DNA of 64,000 nt from a virus: positions 2,025 through 66,024 of IMG/VR virus record IMGVR_UViG_3300010049_000014. One strand, 5' to 3'. The translations under genes were made by a program, and so were the position numbers. Under the pieces are notes generated by a model. It saw nothing but the letters and a program-made list of their open reading frames with translations. It searched no databases and was not told the DNA's origin. Below, one piece after another: positions 27,459-37,339 of this stretch (within the stretch, counting starts at the first letter, position 1; each line of letters begins with the position of its first letter).

Positions 27459-28997
27459 TTATGGTGTATACCAGTCGTTAGTACCCATGCCTTCAATGAC
27501 ATGGACTACATTTTCAACAGGCACAAGCAATGAACCAATGCGCTTGAGCGCTGTTCTTACAACACCATCCCTGTATCCAGGAGCAGAAGGAAGAATCATT
27601 TTGTCGATAGGGACAGGAGCGATAATCATATCGGTCATACCACCGTCTAACTCGGACTGAAGGGACGGGAATGTCATAAACATCAAGTCCCAAGGGTTTG
27701 TGTTGAACGGAGTGTTTGGCATCAGCATCGGGTCTGCAACGATTTCAAAAGATTTCCAAAGGCCGTCACCCGACTTATTGACCAATGTTCCTACCAGCTT
27801 GTTGCCGCTTTCGTAAATCGTATTGATTACGGATAACGGGTTATTCTGGTTGAATACTCTTGAAAGTTGGCTGAACTTCAATACTTTGTAAAGAATTGGA
27901 GAACAGCGTACCTTACACTCAACAGGGAGGAAGTTTAACTCCTCCATCTTATTTGCGATGAAGTGTGATAGCTTGACAAGCAAGTCAGCACCAACAGTTG
28001 AGTTACTGCCGTCTGCTTCTTCGTCCCACAACTCTGCCGCAGGTTTTTCTTGGTACTGTTCGATTGTGCCGTCTCGCAGCGCGATCTGATACAGACCTTC
28101 AAATCCTGTTTCATCGTGTCCGAAGTAGTAGAGGACGTTCATCAACTGTTCGAGCATAAGGTTCGCATAAGCGTCCCTTGAGCCGATGGTTGCGTTTGTA
28201 AGCCAGTTACCGGGCATAGCTCCAATTGCCTGCTCTTGTACCTGCGGACTTTCGTAATCAATAACAAGATTGATTACTTCAGAAAGCATTGTACCAGTGC
28301 GGTTTTTCGCAGCGATGCTGGTATTAAACGTAGTCATGGTCTTCGCTACATTCGATACTCTTGCGTAACCTTCAAAGGTTTCGGTGAATATCTGTACGAG
28401 GTCAGCCCATACGTTCGGCAAGCCCACTTTATTGACCATGCCGTCGGCATAGCCTCTCAAGAAAGGCTGTCTGAAAATCTTCTGGATAACGGCTATATCC
28501 CAGTGCGGGGTTGTCATACCCTGCAAGATACTGTCGTTGACACGCTTCTGGATGCGCTCAATAACGAACTGTCCAGTCTTGTTGTCAAAGTAACCGTACC
28601 TTGATATACCGTCAGAAACACGTTTCTGTGCTTCTTTAATATCCATGCCCTTCTCAACAAGGTTCTGTACAGCGGTTGAGGCCGCAGTCATAACCGCGTC
28701 GGAAGCGCGTGTTGAAATCATTTGCTGTTTGTTAGTGTGTTCCGCTAACAACTCATTAGAGATTTGACGTGACGGAGCTTCAAAGTATAAAGCTGCGCCC
28801 ATAGTGGCATGATTGCCTCTTACGCGATGACCACCGCGATTGGCAATACCACCGTCAGTATTTCTACCGACATAGACTGTATCAAAGTGTCCGCCTTCTA
28901 CTAGTGTAGGAAAGCGCTGCACCATGAGTTCTTCAGCCTTTCTTCCCCAACTTTCAAAGGGGCCGCTTGCGCTGATAAGTGATGATCTTCCACCCAT
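27459..28997 (-). CDS. Major capsid protein (DUF2184-like) with ~155-aa N-terminal extension
   Basis: Position after DUF2213 and decoration genes. NVLYYFGHDETGFEGL motif. Followed by a hairpin. Confidence 0.8.
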   Translation of the reverse strand: MGGRSSLISASGPFESWGRKAEELMVQRFPTLVEGGHFDTVYVGRNTDGGIANRGGHRVRGNHATMGAALYFEAPSRQISNELLAEHTNKQQMISTRASDAVMTAASTAVQNLVEKGMDIKEAQKRVSDGISRYGYFDNKTGQFVIERIQKRVNDSILQGMTTPHWDIAVIQKIFRQPFLRGYADGMVNKVGLPNVWADLVQIFTETFEGYARVSNVAKTMTTFNTSIAAKNRTGTMLSEVINLVIDYESPQVQEQAIGAMPGNWLTNATIGSRDAYANLMLEQLMNVLYYFGHDETGFEGLYQIALRDGTIEQYQEKPAAELWDEEADGSNSTVGADLLVKLSHFIANKMEELNFLPVECKVRCSPILYKVLKFSQLSRVFNQNNPLSVINTIYESGNKLVGTLVNKSGDGLWKSFEIVADPMLMPNTPFNTNPWDLMFMTFPSLQSELDGGMTDMIIAPVPIDKMILPSAPGYRDGVVRTALKRIGSLLVPVENVVHVIEGMGTNDWYTP

Positions 28998-29010
28998 AGT
29001 TTACCCCCTA

Positions 29011-29703
29011 TTAAAGACCGAAAGTCAAGAAAACGGCTTCGTTTTCAGGCTCGAATATTTCGACAAAACCGCCGAAAGTTGCACCAGTCATAGTTGGTGC
29101 GGCTTGATTTGCTGCTGCAATAACACTCATGATCGGGAATCCCGAAAGGTTGTCAAAGAAGATGCCAAGTTTAGCACCATCACCAGCAGCAATGTATAAT
29201 TCCATCCAGTCAGAGTAAACCTGACGAGTGGTTTCTACGTCTTGGGTATTATCACCCTGAAGGTATGCAAGGTAATCCTCTGCCAAGCCTACGCCTGTCA
29301 TAGTTACCTTATACCCGACATAACCCTTACGAATCATGTCTGCGCGTCCGAATGTCGGAACGCCCCATCCCTGTACGGGATGCCCTGTCTGCCAGCCCTG
29401 GTTAAACTCGGCAATGCCGACCAGAATACCAACATCAGGTTTTTCTGTCTTAACGACACCGGGGTCTACATTCATTCTGGATATATCCCGCCAAAGGCCG
29501 TTACCGTAGGGAACCGCACCCGCTGTTTCGAGTACGTTAGCCACGCCAATATCGACACGGCTAAAACTTTCTTTGAGTGCCGGGACGCGACCGTCCACGT
29601 TCCTCATAAGGAAGCCATTCGTTTTGCCCTTACCACGCCAGATTTGATCTTGACCAATCCTTAGTGGAGAGTTTGGGCCGTATGTTGCGCTAACACCTGC
29701 CAT
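29011..29703 (-). CDS. Putative head decoration protein
   Basis: Between scaffold/protease and capsid genes. Gly-rich beta protein. Confidence 0.55.
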   Translation of the reverse strand: MAGVSATYGPNSPLRIGQDQIWRGKGKTNGFLMRNVDGRVPALKESFSRVDIGVANVLETAGAVPYGNGLWRDISRMNVDPGVVKTEKPDVGILVGIAEFNQGWQTGHPVQGWGVPTFGRADMIRKGYVGYKVTMTGVGLAEDYLAYLQGDNTQDVETTRQVYSDWMELYIAAGDGAKLGIFFDNLSGFPIMSVIAAANQAAPTMTGATFGGFVEIFEPENEAVFLTFGL

Positions 29704-29712
29704 GTCAACCTC

Positions 29713-30936
29713 CTACGAATTAAAGGCGCTGTCTAAAAGGAACGCACCTTCTTCCCTTGTGATTACATCCGCACTGTCTTCAGTGCGTCCGTCATCTTTT
29801 TTCTTGCCGTCTTTTGCTTCAGTTTTTACACCTAACACTTCGGCAACCTTTTTATCAATCATGTCACCAATACTATCAGTGACTTTTGATAACACAGTTT
29901 CAGCAGTCTTTGCAACTGCCTTGTCGATAATAGCATCCATGCTATCTTTGGTTTCTTTGCCGTCTTCGCTGTCATCACCATCCTTGGTTTCCTTGCCAGC
30001 ATCGACTTTGCCGCCATCAGCTTTAACTGCGTCCTTGGTCTTACCTTCAGCCATAGCTGCAAGGTCTTCCTGTGACACATCTGCTGCATTATCAACACAG
30101 GCTTGATAAAGTCCGTCGATTACGCGAGAGACTTGTTCTTCCTGCTTTGCCGCATCTGTCGGATTCATAAGACTGTCTTTGACAGCACCGATAAGAAGTT
30201 CTTTGTTCTTACCATCCGACAGGTCTGTTACGTGTGCCATGATGTCGCCAGCAAGTTTTTCTTTGCCTGCGGCATCCAAAGTATGCAGTGTCTTAATTCC
30301 GTCAAAGACTACCTTTGACATTTTAAAACTTGCGTCTTTGGAGCGGCCTACGTTTAAGAAACTCAATACGCCTTTCCTTCCCGCCATATTGATACCTCCA
30401 AATATATTTCTGCCCGCATCCATGACACGAACATCCGCCCCGCCTCGTCCGCGTTGCGTTATGACAACACCATTAACAGATAGTATGTCTTGTAAAACAA
30501 AATCATATTTTCCTGTAGCGTCTGGTTTGATAATACTTCTATAATCGGCTGACGTTTCTTTACCGCCAGACCTATAATACTCATAACCATCTTTAGTGTA
30601 AAATGCCATTTTACCAAAGATACCTATTTCATCACCACCCGGCATACGTTTTATGACAAGGTTATCCCCTATCACACCAACAGCCTGATCATGAAAATTA
30701 CCTTCATGCGTCTCGTCTAAAGTATGCTCGACAGTTACGGCGGTAAGACCAAACTTATCTTTGCATCGTTCTATTACTTCCGCAGGTCTATACTCCGTAT
30801 AGTATGGTTTTTTTATCGCTGGCGTATACCCACGCGCAATCATTTCGTCATACGAATACTCATACACGCCGGAACGTGCCAAGCAAGCATCTTTAATTGC
30901 GATAGCTGGGTGCCTGTCTGTTACTCTTACTGCCAT
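29713..30936 (-). CDS. DUF2213 head maturation protease/scaffold
   Basis: LARSGVYEY...EYRPAEVI...VTVEH, followed by an acidic/Lys-rich scaffold tail. Confidence 0.8.
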   Translation of the reverse strand: MAVRVTDRHPAIAIKDACLARSGVYEYSYDEMIARGYTPAIKKPYYTEYRPAEVIERCKDKFGLTAVTVEHTLDETHEGNFHDQAVGVIGDNLVIKRMPGGDEIGIFGKMAFYTKDGYEYYRSGGKETSADYRSIIKPDATGKYDFVLQDILSVNGVVITQRGRGGADVRVMDAGRNIFGGINMAGRKGVLSFLNVGRSKDASFKMSKVVFDGIKTLHTLDAAGKEKLAGDIMAHVTDLSDGKNKELLIGAVKDSLMNPTDAAKQEEQVSRVIDGLYQACVDNAADVSQEDLAAMAEGKTKDAVKADGGKVDAGKETKDGDDSEDGKETKDSMDAIIDKAVAKTAETVLSKVTDSIGDMIDKKVAEVLGVKTEAKDGKKKDDGRTEDSADVITREEGAFLLDSAFNS

Positions 30937-30942
30937 ACTTCT

Positions 30943-30973
30943 ATTATTACTCCATTAGCATAGTTATTGTCAA
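30943..30973 (-). promoter_or_regulatory. Candidate promoter TTGACA-N19-AATAAT, 6 nt upstream of the DUF2213 ATG
   Basis: Perfect -35 overlapping the portal stop codon. Same geometry as 4679-4709. Confidence 0.4.
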
Positions 30974-32925
30974 CCGACAATTTTATTTCGGGCTTTTTTA
31001 ATTCCCTGCTTTTTTGTGCCTGCCCCGCCTACCTTCTCATGTTTTCTCTGTTCCATTGGGTCAGCATAAGAATTGCCCTGGTTTTCCCCAGAAGCAGAAG
31101 AAAGAACCTTATGCTTACGCTGGTTCGTTTTTTTAGTCACGGTTTTCTTTCCGTCCGCGCCTGTAGAGGTACTTTCAGAAGTCTCTGTTCCATCATCAGC
31201 AATAAGCGCAGCCTGTGTTGTTGCGTTTATCGAGGCTATATTTGCTTCATGCTCCTCTGTTTCTCTCTGGTCTATGATTTCCTGCCGCTCCTCAAGTCTT
31301 CTTCGCAGGTCTGCGTCTATGTTGAATAGTCCGCCTGAAAGTTGGCTTACCATGTCGGCAGCATCCTGAAGCGGCATACCTCCGGCAACAGCGTCAAAGA
31401 AGCCCTTTGTGGTGGCTTCAGTAACTTTTACCTTGTCTTCTACGTCTGTTATCTTCTGCTCATCAAAGCATATTTCGGTATACTCAAGAGCCTGCATAAC
31501 ATCCCTATCCAGACCTAAAGTATTTATAATATGTAACATAGCAACAGGCTTTAGCTGCTGCTGTATCTTTGAATACATTATACGATTTGTTTCTTCCTGG
31601 CGTGTCCACGGTTGTTTTTTATCATTACCACCACCCATCCCGGACTTCTTAATGGTGAACAATCCTTCCTCAAGAAAGCCTGCTTTCGCTGCCAAGTCCT
31701 GCCGGATAAATGTTAGCAGTTCAGGAACCTCACTAAAGTTACGTTCTATAGCTTTTAACTCGCCGACAACATCAAGATTTATAGGATTGAGTACAGAAGC
31801 GTTTCGCACGCGTATTGTGTCTTCATCAGCCATTTGATCGAGTAGCATTGACCCTTCCATAGCAAGCGGGCCATCTACGTTAAATGTCCTTGCAAGTAAT
31901 GACATCTGCTGTATCATGGTCGGAATCGCACGCATCGTATTCATATAATTAAAAACAGCTTCAATCCAGCCTACAATATCAGACACACCCCAGCCCATTG
32001 TCATCATCACGCCCCAATAACCTCTTTGCGGAGAAGGTACAATACGCGCAATGCGTGAGGAGTTTACGTCTGTTCCCATAAACGGAATATAGAAATATTT
32101 AGGTTTAAGGAAATCTTCACTTGTTGGATTCCAGTTCGGGAAATGCACTGTGTTCCAGCGGTCAAGTTTTACCCAACGCTCGATACAGTTTTTCTTTACT
32201 ACCCCTGCACGTGCCAATGTAGGTACATCCAGCGTCATTGTTATAGGATTATCACCCCTGAACATGGGAAATAGAATAGAACCTGAATAAACAAGCGCAT
32301 CAGCAAGAGCATCAGCCATCGCAATATGCAAGCCTGTTTTTACCATAGCATCGTTTATTTTCTCAAGTTGTTCTGGGGACAATTTTTTGTTTTTAATTTT
32401 TACACCATTTAATATCATCGACCTCGATTTCTTGTCAATGATGATTTCAGGTAATCCTTTATTTGAGTATATACTTGTAGCTTCTCCTGGTGTAAGATAA
32501 AGATTGGGGGAAGCCATGTTGTTCATGCTTGGGTCTTGACCATTTACCCCGGTCATCCATGACATATTAGACATTCCGCCCATACGTCCCTGACCACTAC
32601 CGCCAAAGTCTCTGAAGCCTATAGCATCAGAAACTCTTTCAACTAACGATGCCGGGCCATTTACATTATTAAGAATCGCAGGAACTATTTTTCCTGAGCG
32701 TTCCTGCATTTGATTTAGTGTTTCATAAGGTCTTTGCGTTGCGTCATGGCATCTAATGAACTGTTCCCGGCACTCATTTTCAATAATGTCATTCACTTCT
32801 TTTTGTACGGACATTGGTAAACCCTTAAAGCGGCGTGTTTCATGTATTTGAACACTGCCGTCTGTTGCGCGAGTTGTTGATGTGTTTACACGTCTAAGCC
32901 GTGCCGCTACTCTTTTCCACCACAT
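30970..32925 (-). CDS. Portal protein (DUF1073-like)
   Basis: YSNKGLPEIIIDKKSRSM, ALVYSGSILF, WGVSDI motifs. Upstream of DUF2213. Confidence 0.8.
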   Translation of the reverse strand: MWWKRVAARLRRVNTSTTRATDGSVQIHETRRFKGLPMSVQKEVNDIIENECREQFIRCHDATQRPYETLNQMQERSGKIVPAILNNVNGPASLVERVSDAIGFRDFGGSGQGRMGGMSNMSWMTGVNGQDPSMNNMASPNLYLTPGEATSIYSNKGLPEIIIDKKSRSMILNGVKIKNKKLSPEQLEKINDAMVKTGLHIAMADALADALVYSGSILFPMFRGDNPITMTLDVPTLARAGVVKKNCIERWVKLDRWNTVHFPNWNPTSEDFLKPKYFYIPFMGTDVNSSRIARIVPSPQRGYWGVMMTMGWGVSDIVGWIEAVFNYMNTMRAIPTMIQQMSLLARTFNVDGPLAMEGSMLLDQMADEDTIRVRNASVLNPINLDVVGELKAIERNFSEVPELLTFIRQDLAAKAGFLEEGLFTIKKSGMGGGNDKKQPWTRQEETNRIMYSKIQQQLKPVAMLHIINTLGLDRDVMQALEYTEICFDEQKITDVEDKVKVTEATTKGFFDAVAGGMPLQDAADMVSQLSGGLFNIDADLRRRLEERQEIIDQRETEEHEANIASINATTQAALIADDGTETSESTSTGADGKKTVTKKTNQRKHKVLSSASGENQGNSYADPMEQRKHEKVGGAGTKKQGIKKARNKIVG

Positions 32926-32928
32926 ACA

Positions 32929-33678
32929 TTACCCCGGAAATACTACCCACATACAATTTTCTAGCATCTGCCATACTGGCACAGTTGACGGATAAGACAG
33001 TCCGGCTGTCTGCGCAGTAATTTGCGCACCACCCTTACGGAACTGCCTTATCCCAGTGCTGACATAATCTTTTACAATACCTTCTGCGTTACCTGATACA
33101 TTTATTATAGTAGAAATCCAGTCTTGTACAAAAAGATCATCTGCTTGCCAAAAAACATGAAAATTAGCGCTACGCATACGTATCGGGCCACTGTTAAACA
33201 CCATAGACCCGGCATGAATTGCACTTCTGGAGTTACCTCCATCTAAAACCCATGAACGTCTTGTACTCTCCTGTGCTGGTATCGTAGTAAGATTATATAT
33301 TGCTGTCACAAGCTCTGGTGTTATCGCATCATAATCACCCACAACATACGCGCCATTAAGCACATCTCCATTCTGAAGCTCGGCAAACCTTTTTCTAGTG
33401 CCTGCTGGTATTTTTGGAGGTCGCCAAGTACTGCCGCCAGTACCACCCCACTCATTAGAAATCATAATGTCAATTTCTGATATGTCAACATCCACACCAG
33501 CAAGAGACGCAAGTTTTCTAAATAACGTAAAATCATCAAAATGTGTCTTCGCTCCGGCTATCTTAAATGCCCTGTCATAGAATGTCTTTAAAAACAATTC
33601 ATCAAAAAAATCATCGTTAAAAGGACAACCGATAGTTTTGCAAAGTTCATGTACAAATATATGAAATCTTGACTGCAT
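32929..33678 (-). CDS. Hypothetical, probably virion-associated protein
   Basis: 249-aa ORF. N-terminal ~80 aa resemble those of 33680-34795. Confidence 0.7.
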   Translation of the reverse strand: MQSRFHIFVHELCKTIGCPFNDDFFDELFLKTFYDRAFKIAGAKTHFDDFTLFRKLASLAGVDVDISEIDIMISNEWGGTGGSTWRPPKIPAGTRKRFAELQNGDVLNGAYVVGDYDAITPELVTAIYNLTTIPAQESTRRSWVLDGGNSRSAIHAGSMVFNSGPIRMRSANFHVFWQADDLFVQDWISTIINVSGNAEGIVKDYVSTGIRQFRKGGAQITAQTAGLSYPSTVPVWQMLENCMWVVFPG

Positions 33679-33679
33679 C

Positions 33680-34795
33680 CTAATCCCCCCAATATGCTAT
33701 TGCAATATGCGGAACCAGTAAATCAATCCACGCATCAGTATGACCGCTTTCTTTAAACCCATTTGTCATTACATAAACAGGTGTTAAAGTAGCGCTCCAA
33801 GGAGTATTTACTATTATGGTCGGCCCATGCAAACCATTTATACTCATTATATTTTCATTCTCGGCATTTAAACTGCCTCCGCGCATATTAAACATCCATG
33901 CAGCATTGTCTATCTGGCTTGATGTTATTGAAATCAAATGTTGTAGTGTACTCGCAACAATTAACGCTCCAGGGCCAGATGCCTTTATACCATTTGCAAT
34001 ATCTACCAACACAGCATCTGTCAGTGCATCTCTATCAATTGTAACGACACAATCGCCAAGATCAGCACCTACAGGTATCTCGTGCAATCTGACAACCTTA
34101 CGCTGTCCAAACTGTAGTTGTATGCCACCTAAAAGTTCCACTAACGCAGCAGTTCCTGTTAAATTTCCGCTTGTTATGATTTGACTTACAACCATGCTGG
34201 TATTGCCAAAAGTTGTGCTTGTGTTTTGTACATTACTTCCAGGCTTCAACGTACCATCATCGTTTACATGGACACCAAAAATAGAAACATTATTTATAAA
34301 AACACTAGAGTACCCGCCGTTGTTTGCCATATCCTGACTTTGCTTATCTATTTCTATATAAATACTTACACGGCCAATAAAACCATCTTGCGCAACAAAC
34401 GAGTAATCCTGCCACTGGCCATAAGGAACACTATCATATATCCTTTTCATCAGCGCACGAATAGCATTAACATTTAAAGATAATGTCACAGTAGCATTAC
34501 GCAACTGATCACCAACTTTTAAATCTGTAACAGCAAAACCTTGTCCACCGTCAATATTACGCACAAGTGCAGCCATATCTGCATCGGATATTGCAAGACC
34601 TGAAAAATGTCTTACATTGCGTATAATGGTTTCTAATCTTCCTTGATGCTTCCAATCACCTACGCTATAATTGATGCCTACGTACTTTGCCGCCTCACTA
34701 AAAAAAGTTTCTTTGTATGAGGCAGAAGAAATGTCTACGGCGACGTTTTGTCCGATGATGGCACCTACCGCCCTAAAAAACGATCTTACATTCAT
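33680..34795 (-). CDS. Hypothetical, probably virion-associated protein
   Basis: 371-aa ORF with AGGAG SD. Beta-rich C-terminus. Confidence 0.7.
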   Translation of the reverse strand: MNVRSFFRAVGAIIGQNVAVDISSASYKETFFSEAAKYVGINYSVGDWKHQGRLETIIRNVRHFSGLAISDADMAALVRNIDGGQGFAVTDLKVGDQLRNATVTLSLNVNAIRALMKRIYDSVPYGQWQDYSFVAQDGFIGRVSIYIEIDKQSQDMANNGGYSSVFINNVSIFGVHVNDDGTLKPGSNVQNTSTTFGNTSMVVSQIITSGNLTGTAALVELLGGIQLQFGQRKVVRLHEIPVGADLGDCVVTIDRDALTDAVLVDIANGIKASGPGALIVASTLQHLISITSSQIDNAAWMFNMRGGSLNAENENIMSINGLHGPTIIVNTPWSATLTPVYVMTNGFKESGHTDAWIDLLVPHIAIAYWGD

Positions 34796-34804
34796 TTTTA
34801 TCTC

Positions 34805-36373
34805 CTAGATAAAACGCCAACCGCCCTGGGTCAGTATCATATACTGTTTTGCGGTAGGATTATACCAATACTGGTTTAGTTGCGCGTTTCGATCTGATGT
34901 AGCAATAGTGGAGCCTGATGTTGGGTATCTTCCTGTGTCTGAAAACTGTAGCCCTGACGGTGCACTGCTCATACGTACTTCGCGTAACACAAGCCAACCT
35001 AGTAGCCCTGTGTATATTGTTTTGCGTTCTGTAAGCCCTTTCATGTCACCAATGCTGACATCACGCTTGTCATTTCTGAATCCATCCTGTTCAAGTAACG
35101 CAAGTAATGTTTGCGTACTTCCTTCATCTGCGATAGCTACATGACCAAAACTGTTGTTTGCTGTAGCGCCCCAAATAAGTTTTGCGCCTTCAGGCGGTAT
35201 AAGCCCTTCCTGATATTGTATACGAAAATACGCTGCGCTTAGTTTTGGTAAGTATTCATACCTTGTGTATAACTCATGTGCGCCACCTACACTTTCAAGG
35301 TCTGTAATGAAGTCTACGCTGGCACAATGATCACGAAAAACATCAACGCAATTATGTACGTAATAGTTATTAACTGTGTACGTATGATCGCCTGTAACGG
35401 ACAAATGATAGACAGTTTTAATACCTGCTGATTCCGTGTCTAATACATAATTACCTACAAAAGCATTTTTATTATTTCTTGCAAGTGTAAGTGTATATAA
35501 ATCTTTTTTCCTAGTACCATGCTTTCTTCCACCACTGCCATCAGGAAAAGTTGTAGGAGTTCCTGCAATTGACTTCAATCGCAGCGCAGCAGTTGAAAAC
35601 CCACAGCGTAATGCGGCTGCCTGTACTGCTAATAATAATCCTAGCGATGTATTACATATCACATCACTTTTATGTTTTGTACTGCCATCAGCGGCAATAA
35701 GACCCTCAATAATCAGTAAACATTCACGATTAGTATATTTTCCAACTAAAATTTTATTCCTTGCACTGTCGTAACATTGTCTTATAACCGACGCAAGGCG
35801 CTCATGCTTAGCTGCGTAAAGCCTAGATACACACGCATTTTCACATTCGTGGTGTTCCTTTGTTTTAAGTGATATGTTCAAACTATCTAAAAACATCACA
35901 TCCTTTCGCCTGTTATGCGTTACTATTATTTCATCATTGCGACAATCATGGTGTATACGCAAACTACCATCGCCTAACCAAAACCCAAGAAATAACAATT
36001 CGCTATCTGTTAAACCACTTTCCTCTGTAACCTTCTCTGTGAACACCTCCGGCTTTTCTCCAGTTTTTGTTGCTGTAGCAATAGGTTTAAATGCGCCAGA
36101 CTTCATAAGATACGGATGCTCTGGCGTAACAATAATGTCGCTAAGATGCGTTCTATAAAGCACACATTCAGCTTCTCTTTGTGTTTTTCCTATTACCGTA
36201 TTGTTTCCATAAAAGCCAACAACACTATCTCCTTCTTTTATATTTTCTATTGCCTTGTACGTACCATCAGCAAGAAGTACCATTGCGCCTGCTGGATGGC
36301 ACTGCCCGCCATATTTTTTATCATAATCTATAATAGTTCCTAATTTTCTATCCCGCCATTGCCTGTGTGTCAT
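34805..36373 (-). CDS. CHAP-domain endolysin interrupted by an intein
   Basis: Exteins join as DYDKKYGGQ|CVDVF, and later ANNSFGHVAI and LEQD (CHAP Cys/His motifs). Spliced length 205 aa. Confidence 0.9.
   Translation of the reverse strand: MTHRQWRDRKLGTIIDYDKKYGGQCHPAGAMVLLADGTYKAIENIKEGDSVVGFYGNNTVIGKTQREAECVLYRTHLSDIIVTPEHPYLMKSGAFKPIATATKTGEKPEVFTEKVTEESGLTDSELLFLGFWLGDGSLRIHHDCRNDEIIVTHNRRKDVMFLDSLNISLKTKEHHECENACVSRLYAAKHERLASVIRQCYDSARNKILVGKYTNRECLLIIEGLIAADGSTKHKSDVICNTSLGLLLAVQAAALRCGFSTAALRLKSIAGTPTTFPDGSGGRKHGTRKKDLYTLTLARNNKNAFVGNYVLDTESAGIKTVYHLSVTGDHTYTVNNYYVHNCVDVFRDHCASVDFITDLESVGGAHELYTRYEYLPKLSAAYFRIQYQEGLIPPEGAKLIWGATANNSFGHVAIADEGSTQTLLALLEQDGFRNDKRDVSIGDMKGLTERKTIYTGLLGWLVLREVRMSSAPSGLQFSDTGRYPTSGSTIATSDRNAQLNQYWYNPTAKQYMILTQGGWRFI
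35351..36301 (-). mobile_element. Intein (317 aa) with LAGLIDADG homing endonuclease
   Basis: Block A CHPAGAMVLLADG, block B VTPEHPY, LGFWLGDGS and EGLIAADGS, block F VYHLSV, block G VHN/C. Confidence 0.95.
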
Positions 36374-36786
36374 ACTTTCACTCCTTGAAATAATTTCTCA
36401 CCTAAGCCACCAATACCCTTATAAATAACATCATAAGCAATGGTAGCAAGAGCAACAATAAGCCCTAAGAAGAAATACATGGCAGTAACAACAGCAGGAA
36501 CTAGTGGACTTATAAATATAGTCGTTATTATACTAATAAGCAAGATGGTAATTTTCTTTTTTCGTTTATGTTTTTTATATTCTTTTGTGTGCGCTCTTAC
36601 AGGCGCTTCTTTAAGTAAAGGACATTCGCTTTTTTCTTCAGGAGTTTCGTGATATTTCTTAATATTACTGCCTTTCCCACAAATGAAGTTCGTCCAGCCC
36701 ACAACTACAATGGCACCCATTAGACATAAAAGCCATATTACGTTAGGGTCTGTCGCAAGTAACGCACCCATATCTGCTATGTTCAT
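36370..36786 (-). CDS. Holin candidate
   Basis: About three TM helices with a basic loop. Coupled (ATGA) to the endolysin. Confidence 0.6.
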   Translation of the reverse strand: MNIADMGALLATDPNVIWLLCLMGAIVVVGWTNFICGKGSNIKKYHETPEEKSECPLLKEAPVRAHTKEYKKHKRKKKITILLISIITTIFISPLVPAVVTAMYFFLGLIVALATIAYDVIYKGIGGLGEKLFQGVKV

Positions 36787-37334
36787 ATTAAATCAAAGCC
36801 TCCCCCTGCAATTGCTTTTTCTACCTGCGGTATCTTCCAATCCGGCACTGCAAGCGTAAGACTTTTATATATTACCGGGTACTCAATGCAAAAAGACACA
36901 CAATCGTTCTTCATTGTGTGATTAAAGCCTTCATGGACATATTTAAGACCCGCACACATACGCTCCTCATTATCTAGTGTGGGTGAATAAAACATCATTT
37001 TTAAATGGTCAACAAAAATGCCATCGACCTTTTTAACGATGGCATTGATAAGTTCTGTTTGTTCCATTAAGTCTTTTTTATTCTGTAATGCAATCTCTTT
37101 GTACTGCACCTTACTTTCATTTATTGATTCTTTAAGCTCATCAAATCTGCCCCAAAGTGTCTTAAAAGTCTGTGCTGTCTGTTCATCCATGCCTTCCATT
37201 GATAATTCAACCCCAGCAGCACCTGCCTTTAGTGTTTTTACTTTTCTCCCACGACGCAAAAATACGATGAGTGAAATTATAAGCGCGACAATCACCGCGG
37301 CATCTAGTATGATTTTTATGTATTCGTGCATCAT
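36783..37334 (-). CDS. Single-TM coiled-coil protein (holin/antiholin-like)
   Basis: N-terminal TM then a helical domain. Lies within the lysis cassette. Confidence 0.55.
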   Translation of the reverse strand: MMHEYIKIILDAAVIVALIISLIVFLRRGRKVKTLKAGAAGVELSMEGMDEQTAQTFKTLWGRFDELKESINESKVQYKEIALQNKKDLMEQTELINAIVKKVDGIFVDHLKMMFYSPTLDNEERMCAGLKYVHEGFNHTMKNDCVSFCIEYPVIYKSLTLAVPDWKIPQVEKAIAGGGFDLI

Positions 37335-37339
37335 TCCTC

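Noticed and set aside
7368-36652. Numerous plus-strand ORFs antisense to the structural genes (and minus-strand ORFs in 46-64 kb)
   Set aside because: They are shadow ORFs without SD sites or recognisable motifs, opposite well-supported genes.
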